Source: Eledone cirrhosa
Taxonomy: Eukaryota
Direction of reading: 5' to 3'
DNA: 64,000 nucleotides
Assembly (NCBI GenBank): GCA_964016885.1
Contig: OZ024740.1
Coordinates: 403,000,001 to 403,064,000 of the forward strand
Under the pieces are notes generated by a model that did not search any database, was not told where the DNA came from, and was given only the letters and a program-made list of their open reading frames with translations. Shown one piece after another: positions 26,261 to 40,239 of this stretch. The position numbers were made by a program, and so were the translations under genes. The stretch's first letter is position 1. Each line of letters opens with the position of its first letter.

Positions 26261-26468
26261 GGCGACCTACGTAGTAAATCGTATCATCGTGAGCTCCGCA
26301 AAGGTTTGTTATTTCCGTTTGTTAAAAATTGCCATTTATGGAAAATTTTATTGTTAACTGTTTATAAGCACACATACATTGTTTTCCGAAAAGGACACCC
26401 AAAAAGATTGGGACCTTGTGCCCAAAATTTTAACTTTTATTATTATCCAAAAATTTCTTTGAAAAAAA

Positions 26469-27846
26469 ATGGCTAATTCCCCTCTGCACGAAGCAGCTGA
26501 AAGCCTTCCTCACAAAATAAGACCTCACACCGACACCACCATTGTAAATGTTACTACGTTTGCCAACACAAAAAAAAATATAAGCAGTAGCAATATTTTA
26601 AATTTGTCTCAGGCAGACATTCATTTCCCGCCATTACCAATGACTGCAGGTGTTAAAGCCTCCACCACCACCACCACCGCGACAACCCCCACCCCCACCA
26701 CCACCGCGACAACAGAAACAAAAGAAGAAAAAAATAAATTAACTCGTGATGTCGAAATGAAATTAAGCAAAATGGACTCTTCCGCACCAAAGACGACTGA
26801 CGTCACCACCACCACAACTGAAACTAAAATTAATATTAACACAAATAACGATAGCAACAACAACAACAATGACATTATAAAACCGACCCTCAGTTTCGCC
26901 ATACTGGCAAAACAATTTGAAGCATTCACGGTAACTCAAGAGGATTTAGAAAATGCCAAACAAATGGTAAAGAAAGATGGGTACAGGGTCAGCCTCACCC
27001 ATCAACACCACCAGTAGCAGAGATTGCAGCAACAACTGTAGCAGCAACAACAGAAGCAACTATAACAGCAACAACCCCAGCAACAGTAGCAAAACCAACA
27101 CCACCACCACCACCAGCAAAACCAACACCACCACCACCTAACGCTTCAGAACTAGCACCAGCGCCTACACCATCCACCACGCCACAACCAAAACTAACGG
27201 CTGTGGAGGATTTTCCACTCCCCGGCCTATCACAACTGGAGACAGATTGTGACGACGAGGAGTGGGAAACGATATCCGGAAAAAAAAAAGAAACCAAAAA
27301 AGAAAAAATTCTCTTCCTTCCCCCTCCAAAAACAAAATACAGAGGGAAACAAATAAATTAAGAAACAAAAAAGTTAGGACAGATATGCCACCATCCACAC
27401 CAGCATCACCAACCCCATCAACCCAAACACCAACACCATCACCATCATTAACCCCAACACCACCATCACCTACATCACAAAAGTCACCAAAATGCGAAAC
27501 AGAAACAAACCCACAACAAACGCAAACAAAACAAAACAACCAAAACGATACACACTACACAGCATTAAATTTGAACAACAAGCAATTATTACACTACATC
27601 CAACACAACACCAGCATCACAGAAAAAGACTACACAACAACCCCAAAATTCACACCACCTCCACACATACAAATCACTCGCATCACACAGAAAACGTACA
27701 TGACACTAAAACAAAAATTCCCCAAAGACATTGGAGACTTCCGACAAGCACTCTCCAGGATGATTTATAAGGACATCCTTCCTGAGGAGGCCACAAGCAG
27801 TGAAAAGGATGGAAAAACCGTCCTTCCCCTACGAGAAGTAAGGTAA
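26469..27846 (+). pseudogene. Tx1 ORF1 remnant (Thr/Pro-rich; frame breaks at ~27000 and at A-run ~27279-27289)
   Basis: Three consecutive reading segments ending 34 bp before the ORF2 ATG; includes EEWETISGKKK..RNQKRK basic motif. Confidence 0.65.
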
Positions 27847-27880
27847 GTGGTCTTTCCCATCTTTTCCACTCCTTTTCAAC

Positions 27881-30800
27881 ATGACCTCACTCAGAATAGG
27901 CAGCATAAATGCGCGTGGCTTGGGGTCGTCATGGAAGCAGGGCCACCTGCTCAACGACCTCAGGTCACTAAACATAGATGTAGTGGCCATCAGCGAGACC
28001 AGAATCTCCGAAGCACAGGCTTTCGCACCGATCTTCGGCGGCTACGATGTGTACGCATCTCCCAGCCGTCCGGGATCGGGGGGGAGGAGTTGCTGTGCTT
28101 TTTCGGAGAGGTTTGGATCTTGCCATACGGGCCATCTTCCTGGACCCAGAAGGTAAGTTGGTGGTGCTGGACGTGACTAGCGGAGACGGGCAAGCTTTCA
28201 GGTTAGTGGCCGTCTATGCCCCGACAGGATCAGGGCGGCCTGATTTCTTCCGGCGTCTGGAGACCTTTCTTGGAACGTCCCGCTCTTTAGTGTTAGTGGG
28301 CGACTGGAACGGGATCTTAGATGCACGCTGGGATTGTGTGGGATTAGTGGATAGGGAAGGAGGGTGCAAGAGTCTCACCAACCTACTCAGACGTTTTGAA
28401 CTGTCTGACAGGTACCGAATGGATTTCCCGAATGTACCAATGTGGACTTGGAGAAATCGCATAGGGTCATCCAGATCATATCTAGATAGAGTATTTTGTA
28501 GGGAAATAGATAGGTCTAGCATAGGCTGTCCACAATTCAAGATAGTCAGCTACACGGACCACAAATTCGTGATCAGTGTGCTTGACTTAGATAGACTTCA
28601 TAGACGAGGACCTGGCTACTGGAAGCTAAACGCGTCCTTACCAGCGCGCAAGGCCTACAGAGACCGAATTAGCGAACTAGTTAAGCGGGCGTTGACGGGG
28701 GCCATCGTCAACAACAAGTGGTGGTTTGCTCTGAAAAGAGCAATTAGAATAGAGTCCATTAGGTTTAGTAAGACTTTAGCAATAGAGAAAAATAGAGCAG
28801 AGGGAGAATTAGTTAGAAAATTAGATGAGGCGCTTAGCAAAGGCATCGCGACCGACGTACTTGCGGCGAAATTGGCCCTTGACCAATTCTTCAATGCAAA
28901 GCACGAAGGCTGCGTTGTCAGAGCTAGGGTGCGTGCTCTCAGACACGAGGGTACGAAAGCCGTTCAATGGGCCCGAGTGGCGGAGGCGCGTCGTGGCAAC
29001 AAAGCCACGATCCGGTCTTTGGTGGACCACGACGGGCGCATGCTACTCGATCCCGGGCAAATGTGTGAAGCTTTTCAGCGACACTTCGCTCAACTGTTCG
29101 GGGGCAGTGGCGGGCCGGATCGAGGGATGGACTTTAGTGTCTACCTCGACGGACTGCCGCGGCTTTCTGCCACTGAGGCGGAGTGTTGCGAAAAGCCGAT
29201 AACAACCGCTGAAGTACGGGATGCAATGACTAGTTGCACAAGGGGTAAATCGCCTGGTTTGGATGGTCTGCCCTATGAACTTTACGTACAAATGCCAAAC
29301 TTGTTCGGAGGCCTCTTGGCGGACGTCTACTGCAACTGGCAACAGAACGGGAGAATTCCCAGCTCTGTGAGCCGAGGAGTGGTGGCGCTGCTGAGAAAGG
29401 ATCCGAACAAGGGGGATAACATAGATAATTTTAGGCCCATAACTCTGCTAAACACAGAGTTCAAGGTTTTGGCCAAGGTGCTAGCAAAGAGGTTGGCGCT
29501 TGTCGTTGGTGGTCTGGTGGGAGAGGCACAGACATGCGCCATTCCCGACAGATCCATCCACGACAACCTCCCCCTCATGCGATACATCGTAGAGAGAGTA
29601 GCTAGGGAACCTGGCACGGGTGGGTCTTTGATCAATTTAGATCAGTCGAAAGCCTTCGATAGGGTCGACCATCGTTACCTAGCGGCAGTCCTGAGGGCGG
29701 CTGGCTTTGGGCCCGTATTCAGAGGCTGGATCGCTGCCATGCACAGCGACATCTGCTCTGTAGTGAGAGTGAACGGTCACCTTTCGGAACCGTTCAACAT
29801 CATGCGCTCGGTCCGCCAAGGATGTCCCCTCTCGTCCCTATTGTACGTATTGACTCTCGAGCCATTACTGCACAAACTGGAGACGTTGAGGGGGGTCCCG
29901 CGCGAACTAGGATGCGGAAGATCCGTGTCAGCATATGCCGACGATGTCACCGTAGTGGTGTCGAACGCCAAACACATCGAGGCGATCGGCACTACACTAA
30001 GAGAATACGAAGCGGTGACAGGAGCAATGATCAACCAGGAAAAGTCAGAGTGCCTGCAGCTCGGCACCTGGAGAGGCAGGTCCATGCCGTCCAACAGCGT
30101 CGTCGGGCGCTGGACGGACGGACCGGTTAAATTGCTAGGGGTCTGGTTCGGTCCAGACCTCCAGACGGACAAAAACTGGGACGAGGTGACAAGCAGGGTG
30201 GCTTCTCTCACCCAGAAATGGGCCGAGAGGAAGCTATCCCTGAAAGGTCGAGCGGAGGTGGCGAATGCGTACATCGCATCCGTCATCTACTACCGCCTGA
30301 CCGTCGTACCTTGTCCTAAGCCCCGCCTGACTGCGCTGGAGCGTTTGCTCTTTCGCTTCTTGTGGAAGGGACGCGCTCCGATGGTCAGGCGGTCCATCTG
30401 CTGTCAACACCCGCTACGTGGAGGGCTGGGCATGCCGTGGCTGATGATGCGCAGACACGCGCTCAGGCTACGACATCTCCACCTCTTCCTCGACGGTGAT
30501 CAGGTGTGGTCGCCGTTTGCGAGACACGTTTTTCCCCAGCTCGTCTCCTTGACGGAGCTGCAGTCCTGGGTCAAGCGAAGACCGAGAGGGAGCGCTTGGA
30601 GACTGGAATGTCTTCAGGCGCTCACAGCCCTCGACCAATCGGGCAATGTGATCGGTGGAAACTCCACCTTGGCGTTTTATAGGGGATTAGTGGAGGGGAA
30701 GAGCAACGACGTACTTGGAGAAACTCTAGGCGTCGACGAAAATCAACTAGCCAATCTCTTCGGAAGGACTTTCGGGCCGGGGCCTATGGACAACTTCCAG

Positions 30801-31301
30801 AAATCCCTGGCCTGGCAGTGCTACCGAGGAGCTTTGCCAGTTCGGGATAAACTCTACAGGCATGGAGGTGCCGTCAGCCGGGCATGTCCGAGATGCGCGC
30901 AGGGCGACGAAACCGTCCTGCACGCACTCGTCCAGTGTCCGAGCATTGCTGACTTGTGGGTTTATGTCGAACACCTGCTGTCACGTGTAGGACGGATCCA
31001 ACTATCAGCTGAGTCCATCGTGAGGATTGCCCCGCCCCCTTCCTTTAGCCGGGAAGAGCAGGCAGTTTTTATCTGTCTGGTGGCCATGGCGAAAGAGATA
31101 GTATGGTGGACACGTTTGAAAGGGCTGAAGACGAGCACTTACCTCTTCGGTGATGCCCTGATTAACTTTTTCAAATTTCATTTGAAAAGGAAAATAAGGG
31201 TAGAGAGGGAAGTGCTCTCTTCCCAGCATTTTGTTGAAAGATGGGTGAGAGAAGCAAGTATGGCCCGAATAAATGGGCCTTCTCTGAGTATGTGTCTGTA
31301 A
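27881..31301 (+). CDS. LINE ORF2: APE endonuclease, reverse transcriptase, C-terminal CCHC; one frameshift at G7 run 28078-28084
   Basis: SINARGL, ISET, GGGVAVL, VYAP, GDWN, YLDRVF, TDH (APE); KSPGLDG, FRPITLLN, DQSKAFD, RQGCPLS, YADD (RT); CPRC..ETVLHALVQC. Confidence 0.95.
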
Positions 31302-31544
31302 ATTAAAGGTGGAAAACTGGGAGAGGGCACTTGCCCTGGTGGTCAGGGCCACTGTGGTCTTTTAATGGGCTTTCTCCACAAATGTCCCTCGGAAGTCTCC
31401 CCCCTATTGGGGAATTTTTCTTTGTTATTTTATTTCAACCTCCGTTTTTTTTACACGCAGAAATGCCCATTTGTACCGTCCTGTATTGTCCTGTACTGTC
31501 CTTAATGTCTACTTTATGTAAATCCTTGTGGTTAATAAAGAAAA

Positions 31545-31596
<52 letters not shown>

Positions 31597-31815
31597 GGCG
31601 GTCGATTGGCAGTATTGGTAGAGGGTCGGACGCCATGCTTTGACGCATAGAGTTACGGCCCTTGCCATTCTGAGTTCAAATCCAGCCGAGGTTAACTTTG
31701 CCTTTGATCCTTACGGGGTCGATAAAATAAAGCACCAGTAATGTACCGGGGTCAATTTAATCGACCTTCCCCTCTCCCACAATTGCTGGCCTTGTTCCTA
31801 TATAAGAAACCATTA
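31597..31815 (+). mobile_element. tRNA-derived SINE family 1
   Basis: GGCGGTCGATTGGCAGTATTGGTAGAG...GAGTTCAAATCC...GGGGTCGATAAAATAAAGCACCAG; (ATT) tail. Confidence 0.85.
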
Positions 31816-32492
31816 TTGTTATTATTATTACACTCAGTATGGACACATTCATTCATCCATTTATTTATTTACTTACTCGGTGGCGTGGAGTTCGCGACTA
31901 CCTTAGTTTGTTTAGTGGTGATTGCCGTTACAGCTGTTTTGACCCTCGACAGGCTCATCATAGCATGACTCAAATACCGAACAGTACTTAACTCCACAGA
32001 CCCCCACTACCCCCACTGTATCAATACAACACTACCGACAACATTAACACTATCAATGTCCAGCTGACAATGCCGGTCATCACGCACACATATATAAACA
32101 CCCTAATTAAAAATAAAGGTACAAACATGTACACACAGGCACAAATGAATAAACACACACACACACATACACACGCAAACACACAGATACATACGAATAG
32201 ACGAATAGCCCTGCTTATGCAATCAAACACTTACATACGCCCACTTCTACGAAAAGAAATAGAGACGATGTTTATATGTACCCACCATTTCAAAAATCAC
32301 AACAAAAACTATATTTTTTGTTGAATCGAAAATCGGAAAAGCAGATCGATAATGGAGTCGGGTTCATAACTTCTAGGGATGACTCTGCACAAATCCTCTA
32401 CATTACGAGCGAAACAGCCCCCTATCCAATAAAACAACTAACTCCATGTAAACGAAACTTCATCGCTTTTCTTAATATATATATATATATAT

Positions 32493-32662
32493 AACAAAGA
32501 GGTGTGGTAAGGTACCGGGTGGACCATAACGCACCAGAGTACTCAATACTTAGAGTTGTAGAGTGGGTAATAGGGAAAGAGTCAGGACCCCAACGGCTAG
32601 ATCCATTCGGATCTAGCTGTAGAAACGGCCGGAGCTCAGAGTCGGGGTCCTGATTCTTTTCC
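32493..32662 (-). mobile_element. Fold-back family A, divergent copy
   Basis: Family tail; central hairpin GGCTAGATCC-ATTC-GGATCTAGCT followed by GAAACGGCCGGAGCTCAGAGTCGGGGTC. Confidence 0.75.
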
Positions 32663-33164
32663 TATATATATATATGCAAGAGATGTCAACATGAATGAAC
32701 TTGTTATTTTTATCTAAAGACATTTTTTCCAATTGATGACAATCACCAGTGAGTGCCGATTGAATTTATTTTAAATCATCTCGAAACTACGAAGCTAGAA
32801 TTTAATGGCAGTCGACGTGAATCTGGTGAAGGTGGCGGGGAATTCAGGATGGCGATGAGTGAATACTCAGCATTCAAATAAAGGTATAAAGTTTGCTATA
32901 AGTATCCTGTACGTCGGAAGAGGCGAACACGCATACATGCAAACACACACACATACACAATGTGTTGTGCGTCAGAATCATTGATGGTGCATAAATAAAT
33001 AAATGATCGTCCTAAATGAAATACAATACAATAGAATCGCAAAAACGTATAGAATAATACACTAAAACACCTGTTTGGACGTGTCACTATGCTTCTTTCA
33101 GGCTGTCTCTTCCTTTCTCTCCCTTTCTCTACCCCTCTCTCTACCCCTCTCTCTATGCCCTCCA

Positions 33165-33234
<70 letters not shown>

Positions 33235-33241
33235 CTCTCTG

Positions 33242-33276
<35 letters not shown>

Positions 33277-35044
33277 ACATATATATACATATATATATAC
33301 ATATATATACATATATATATATATATACATATATACATATGTATGTATATATATATATACACAGATACATATATATATATATATATACATATATACATAT
33401 GTATGTATATATATATATACACATATACATATATATATATATATGTGTGTATATATATATACATATATATATATATATACTTGCATATATTGCATATATA
33501 TATAATTGCTTCTTATATATTGCATATATATATAATGTATCATTCTCTGTCTCACTGCTTTGTGCGTGCATGTGTGTGTCTGCGTGTGCGGATGTGCGAG
33601 TGTGTATGTGTGAATGTATATGCATAAATACCCCTGACACCTGTCTTCCCTCATGTGCATGTTAGTTTTGTATTTTCTACTATTGTATAAAATCATTTAT
33701 ATATATATATGTATGTGTTTCTGCATGTGTGTGTGTGTGTGTGTGTATATGTTTGTGTGTGTGTGTTCACGCATGTGTGTAGATATATGTCAGCATATGT
33801 CAATTGATATCTGTATGTTAGTTACATAGTATTTCAAAAGGTGTGGGCGTGTATATTTGTGTGTTTACGTCAGTCTGTATGTGTGTGTGTGTGTACGTGC
33901 GCATGTGTGTGTGTGTGTGTGTGGGAGTGGAATGTATTGATTGTACCACTGTTTTGTACATATATTTATTTGTGAGTGTTTGTGTTTCCTTGTAAACGTT
34001 TCTACGTCCCCTCCTCTCTCACTTCTTTTTATCTGGCCTTGTGTATGCATGTGTGAGAGTGTATTTTCTATTCACTATTAAATTATGTGGGCAAAGGTTG
34101 TGTATTTCGGTGCGTGTCTTTATATTTGTAATATTTGTATATCTATATTTGCTTGAATGACATGTTTTGTTGTATCTATGAATAAGTGTTAATTCCGTGC
34201 GACTGTGTTCACGGAGATGCAGGTTGATCAGTATTTTAAGAAGCGATCAAACGTAAAATTTCCATCCCGATGTGACAACATGAAAGAAAGTCAATGAACA
34301 TTTCGTCCACTTCCTTTTACATAATATGATTCATCATTGACGTAATATAGTTACTGATAGAATAAAGACAAAAAAATATAAAGATTTCCTCCTTAATAAT
34401 GTGAATATGTTAATAATTCATTGATATCGATTAGTTTGGTAGCTCAACATTTCTGCGTCCAAGGATAGGGGCCCATCTATATGTAAATTGACTGCCTGCA
34501 CATAAGACTTTTCGAAAGACACTAGTTACTAACTAATGTAGAAAACCTGGGTAGCAACTTAACTTTAACAATTAAGATCTTTATATATTGTTATACAACC
34601 AGTAACAAGGTGTGTAGTTGACAATAAATAAAATAAAAGGTGAACAAACTATATTAATGATTTAAGTCGAAAATATTTTTCTTTCACTAACTCTACACAA
34701 AAGGCATGATATTTTCTGATCCTCCCATATTTCACATTGTTGTTATATATTAAAAATTCATGGGTTCGAAATAGGGATCATATTTTCGGGGTTGCATAAA
34801 TAATTCAATTCAAGCATCGTGTTGAGTGGTAAACTTAATCTGTTGCTCATTTTTACAATATCACTTTTTTTCTGCGGATGCATTTAGAAAAATCTTCTCT
34901 GTTGCAAGGGTTTGAATCAGACTTGAGTACAAGTGTGATTTGACAGCTCACACCTATGCAGATTTAGCTGGCCTCCTCCAAGGTATATCTCGTTGGAGGT
35001 GTCTTCAGTGATTTAATGATAGGGATCCCAGTCCTATCATCTCA

Positions 35045-35184
35045 TTTCTACAGCTGAGTAAACTGGAGCAACGTGGAATAAAGTGTCTTGCTCAAGGAAA
35101 TAACACATCACCCGGTCCGAGAATTGAGCTCACAACCTTTCGATTGCAAGTCCAATGCTCTAACCAATAAGCCATGCGCCTTCA
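35045..35184 (-). mobile_element. tRNA-derived SINE family 2 (CORE-like)
   Basis: Reverse complement GAAGGCGCATGGCTTATTGGTTAGAG...CCTTGAGCAAGACACTTTATTCCACGTTGCTCCAGTTTACTCAGCTGTAG. Confidence 0.75.
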
Positions 35185-35987
35185 CACAAGTGCATATCTT
35201 AATGCACGTCTGCCTATTGTAGTAGCCCAAGAATAGTGGTCTACTATTCCATTTCTCGCGACAACTCTCGAAAAGATCGAGTGAACTGTCTTCTAACTAA
35301 ACTATGAATAAAATTAAAATAAGTAATACTTCACTCTTTTATAAATTTCACTCATTAGACTAGTTATACAGAGGCACTGCATTGATAGGATTTAGTGGTT
35401 CATATCGGCCCCAGTAATTATATTTTTCAAGTAGAGTACATATCTTATCGACCTCTTTTTGTCTTATGGAACGTATATTAAATATAAAGACAGATATGGA
35501 TACACACACACACACACATTTTTAATTCATTTAATTCATTTATCTATTTATGTATGTATTTATTTATTTTTTCTTGCCTTTTCTCTTCTTTACACCCTCT
35601 CTTATATCTCTAGTTTGCTCTACGTCCTTTTCTTCTTTAAGTTTATCATATTATTTGTGGTATATAAACGTTGAGATTTGATGAAATAAATCACTGCCAA
35701 TACTGGAATTGAATAATCAAGACCGTAGCGGTATGTCATGAATCAAATCATATATTTTGTCTAATGAAGACGTACTGAAAAACCAACACAGTACCTTTGA
35801 AATATATATAATAAAGTATATACTTTGATTATGAGAATATTTTTCATTTGTTAATATTTTGAATAATAAAAACTCCAAAGAAACCTTTTCCTGTTGAGTG
35901 CTTCTAATTTATTGTAAAATTGTATTCATTGAGTAATCAATGAACCATACTAATCTTTGGCTATATATATATAAATATATGTATATA

Positions 35988-36124
35988 TGAACTAATCAAG
36001 CACTAAACCATACCTTTTTGTTGTCGTTGTTCAAATGTTCAAACTATGTATATATATATATATATACATAGTTTGAACGTTTGAACAACAACAAAAAGAC
36101 GTGGTTTAGTGCTTAATTAGTTCA
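35988..36124. repeat. Palindrome with (TA)n at its centre
   Basis: TGAACTAATCAAGCACTAAACCA...TTCAAACTATG-(TA)n-CATAGTTTGAA...TGGTTTAGTGCTTAATTAGTTCA. Confidence 0.8.
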
Positions 36125-36354
36125 TAGTTTCACAATCGTTTCAAAAGGTTGATTGAGCACTATTTCTAGCGTTTATATCTTTATTGTTGAACCTGTATAT
36201 TTGACTGTCTAGTGTGTTTGATTGCTCAACGAAATCTTGTATGATGATATCCTGATACGAAAATAAAAACTCTTAACAACTGATTTCGTTGAGATTTTTA
36301 CTTCCGTACATGGAGGCCTCACATAGTTATTGTAGACACACATACACATATATG

Positions 36355-36419
<65 letters not shown>

Positions 36420-36479
36420 ATGTGGTTGACAGCTGAGAAAAGGAGTACTCAGTACTAAAGTAGAGCTTTGATATTCATT

Positions 36480-36595
36480 TACATTAAGGCTAAAATGTGA
36501 GTCTTGTCACTCTGGAGTTTTGCCTGTCTATCTCAGGTGACCCTCTGATAAACAGGTGAAGCTCCAGATTGACAAGATTTTTTAGCCTTAATATA
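36480..36595. repeat. Decayed fold-back element
   Basis: ATTAAGGCTAAAA..TCTTGTCACTCTGGAGTTTTGCCTGTCTATC mirrored by GATAAACAGGTGAAGCTCCAGATTGACAAGA..TTTTAGCCTTAAT. Confidence 0.7.
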
Positions 36596-37016
36596 ATCAA
36601 TATATATATATTCGTTTTGAAACGAACTTTTAACCACACAATCATTCCTGCGACCATTGCTTTAAAAAGTCATGCTTAGTCTATAATTTATGGCTGTTGA
36701 TTGCAGGTATTTTCCTTTTAGAAGGTCTGTAATTCAACTACCTAACCATGAACTCGCAATCCTTATCTCTGTAAGTCTCATACCCAATATTCCGTAACCT
36801 CTTTTTGGTAATGGCAGGATGTTCTTGTCACATCTGAGCGAGAAATCCCATGATCAATGGTATTCTATCTGTGACCATCCCATTTATTTCCTCGTGCACA
36901 GTGCATCATGGACCAGATTATTCAATCAGTTCCTCTTTTTTAAGGTGGTAAAATCTTATTTTTCATTGGGTTCATAATTGTTATTTCGTTTAGGTCAAGC
37001 GATTTTCAAAGAGTTT

Positions 37017-37091
37017 CCACAGCGGCTAACATAGAGTGTGACCACAGCGGCTAACATAGAGTGTGACCACAGCGGCTAACATAGAGTGTGA
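37017..37091 (+). repeat. Perfect 25-bp tandem repeat x3
   Basis: CCACAGCGGCTAACATAGAGTGTGA repeated three times. Confidence 0.95.
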
Positions 37092-37152
37092 CTACAAAAA
37101 CACTGCTTCATTTCAAATACTAATATGGAAACTTAAATGAATATTCTTATAA

Positions 37153-37333
37153 TATTGTTTCTACTTTTGGCACAGGGCCAGCAATTACCCAGTGCATTAC
37201 TGGTACTTTATTTTATCGACCCCGTAAGAATGAAAGGCAAAGTTAACCTCGGCGGGATTTGAACTCAGTCCATAAAGGGCCGTAACTCTTTGCTGCAAAG
37301 CATGGCGTTCGACCCTCTACCGATACTGCCAAT
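37153..37333 (-). mobile_element. SINE family 1 lying inside an older fold-back (arms ~37091-37155 and ~37422-37491)
   Basis: Family-1 sequence on minus strand; flanking ACTACAAAAACACT...AATATTCTTATAATATT mirrored downstream. Confidence 0.8.
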
Positions 37334-37694
37334 ATTGTTGGCTTGAATTATATTGCTATCTAGCGGATCGAGTCATTTCTGCAAATGAGGAAAGAAACTT
37401 AGATTATGCAACTATAGCCACCAATATTGTAAGAATATTTATTTAAGTTTTCATATTAACAGTATATGAAATCAAGGAGTATTTTTGTAGTTAACCTGTA
37501 TAATTGTATAGGTATGGCCAATGAAGGTGTAGTAATAGTAATCTTTGTATCACTTGTATTAGTTTTGTTGACCATCTTGCAGTAAGTGGTTAATGCTTCT
37601 ATGATAGTATGTTACTATCTGTATAGTAGTTGTTGTTGCTGCTGTTGCTACTATTACGTCGGCTGCGGCTGATGATGATGATGATGACGATGAC

Positions 37695-37749
<55 letters not shown>

Positions 37750-37901
37750 CTACATTCACTGACACTGTGGTTCTTATGTGAACAGAATTAATTGTATGAC
37801 TTGGTCTCGCTTGACTTGAGAGGAAATCATGTAGTGTCAGTTCACTAATCACTGACGTTTTATGGCTGCCATTACAGTTTTTCATATACTATTGTATCTA
37901 A

Positions 37902-38092
37902 GGGCGGTGAATTGGCAGTATCGGTAGAGGGTCGGAGGCCTTGCTTTGCAGAAAAGAGTTGCGGCCCTTTACGGTCTGATTTCAAATCCCGTCGAGGTTA
38001 ACTTTGCCTTTCATCCTTACGGGGTCGATAAAATAAAGTACCAGTAATACACTGGGTAATTGCTGGCCTTGTGCCGAAAGTAGAAACAACTA
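37902..38092 (+). mobile_element. tRNA-derived SINE family 1
   Basis: GGGCGGTGAATTGGCAGTATCGGTAGAG...GGGGTCGATAAAATAAAGTACCAG...GTAGAAACAA. Confidence 0.85.
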
Positions 38093-38139
38093 TTGTATCT
38101 AAGTGTTTTTGTCTTCTCTTTTCCACCTTCTCCACCTCC

Positions 38140-38739
38140 TTCCTTTTCATATTTACCTCCTCCTCTTCCTCCACCCTCTCCTCTCCCCTCCTCTCTCTCC
38201 TTCCTCTTCTTATTTACCTATTTCCTCCTCCTCCACCCTCTCCTCTCCCCCTCCTCTCTCTCCTTCCTCTTATTAACCTATTTCCTACTCCCCTTCCTCC
38301 ACCCTCTCCTCTCCCCTCATCTCTCGCCTTCCCTTCTTATTTACCTATTTCCTCCTCCTCCACCCTCTCCTCTCCCCCTCCTCTCTCTCCTTCCTCTTCC
38401 TATTTACCTATATCCTCGATCTCTATCCTCTAACACAGATGTCCTCCATTGTTATAGTGCTATAGTTACCCGGATGTTACATCGCCATTACACTCCTATA
38501 TTTCCACTAATTTCTTTTTTCTATTCTTCCTTTCTTTCTTCCTTTTATTCTTTCTTTCTTTCTTTCTTTCCTTCTTTCTTTATTTATTTATTTATTTATT
38601 TATTTATTTCTGTCTGTCCGTCTGTCTGTATATCTTCTTCTTCTTCTTCTTCATCCATATAACCCTGAGAGGATGGAGTCCTCAAACTCACCTTTCAGTG
38701 GGTCCTGTCATAGTCATCGTTTCCCTCGACCTTCCAGAA

Positions 38740-38801
<62 letters not shown>

Positions 38802-39518
38802 CACTACCACCACCACCACCGCAACCACCACCTTACTACTACTACTACAACTACTACTACTACCACCACCACCACCACCACTACCACGTCCAAACCACCA
38901 CCACCACCACCACCACCACCACTACCACCACTACCACCACTACTACTACTACTACCACCACCACTACCACCACTACTACCACCAATACCGCTACCACCAC
39001 CACCACCAACGCCACCATACCATCCCCTTCACCACCATCACCACCACCACCACCATCAACACCACCACCACCACCACCACTACTACTACTATTACTACTA
39101 CTACTACGACTACTACCACTACCACCACCACCACCACCACCACCACCACTACCACCACTACCACCACTACTACTACTACCACCACCACTACCACCACTAC
39201 TACCACCACTACCGTTACCACCACCACCACCAACGCCACCATACCATCCCCTTCACCACCATCACCACCACCGCCACCATCAACACCACCACCACCACTA
39301 CTACTACTATTACTACTACTACTAAGACTACTACCACTACCACCACCACCACCACTACCACCACCACTACCACCACCACCACCACTACTACTACCACCAC
39401 CACCACTACTACCACCACTACCACTACCACCAACACCACCAACACCACCACCACCACCACCACCATCACCTTCACCACCACCACCACCACCACCACCATC
39501 AACACCACCATCACCACC

Positions 39519-39549
<31 letters not shown>

Positions 39550-39643
39550 ACACCACCACTACCACTACCGCCACCACCACCACTATACCACCACCACCAC
39601 CACCACCACCACCACCACCACTACCACCACCATCAACACCACC

Positions 39644-39674
<31 letters not shown>

Positions 39675-39720
39675 ACACCACCACCACCACTACCGCCACC
39701 ACCACCACTATACCACCACC

Positions 39721-39754
<34 letters not shown>

Positions 39755-39809
39755 ACACCACCAGCACCACCACCACTACCGCCACCACCACCACTATACC
39801 ACCACCACC

Positions 39810-39849
<40 letters not shown>

Positions 39850-39969
39850 ACACCACCACCACCACTACCGCCACCACCACCACTATACCACCACCACCAC
39901 TACTACTACTACTACTAACACCACCAGCACCACCACCACTACCGCCACCACCACCACTATACCACCACC

Positions 39970-40003
<34 letters not shown>

Positions 40004-40058
40004 ACACCACCAGCACCACCACCACTACCGCCACCACCACCACTATACCACCACCACC

Positions 40059-40098
<40 letters not shown>

Positions 40099-40239
40099 AC
40101 ACCACCACCACCACTACCGCCACCACCACCACTATACCACCACCACCACTACTACTACTACTACTAACACCACCACCACCACTACCGCCACCACCACCAC
40201 TATACCACCACCACCACCACTACCACCACCACTACTACC
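38140..40239. repeat. Pyrimidine-rich ~60-bp minisatellite followed by compound (ACT)n/(ACC)n array with higher-order units
   Basis: ATTTACCTATTTCCTCCTCCTCCACCCTCTCC.. repeated at 38140-38410; AACACCACC..CTACCGCCACC..CTATACCACC unit repeated from ~39550. Confidence 0.9.

Larger units (their letters stand above)
26261..31545 (+). mobile_element. Near full-length L1/Tx1-clade non-LTR retrotransposon flanked by (ATT)n
   Basis: 5'UTR, ORF1-like region, APE-RT-CCHC ORF2, 3'UTR with AATAAA; (ATT)n at ~26218-26260 and ~31546-31597. Confidence 0.95.

Noticed and set aside
28214-31352. Antisense and alternate-frame ORFs within LINE ORF2
   Set aside because: Shadow ORFs of a GC-rich coding region.
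38673-39755. Mucin- or extensin-like Thr/Pro/His ORFs (also 3889-4707, 53154-53870)
   Set aside because: Trinucleotide arrays open in several frames; no splice or domain evidence.
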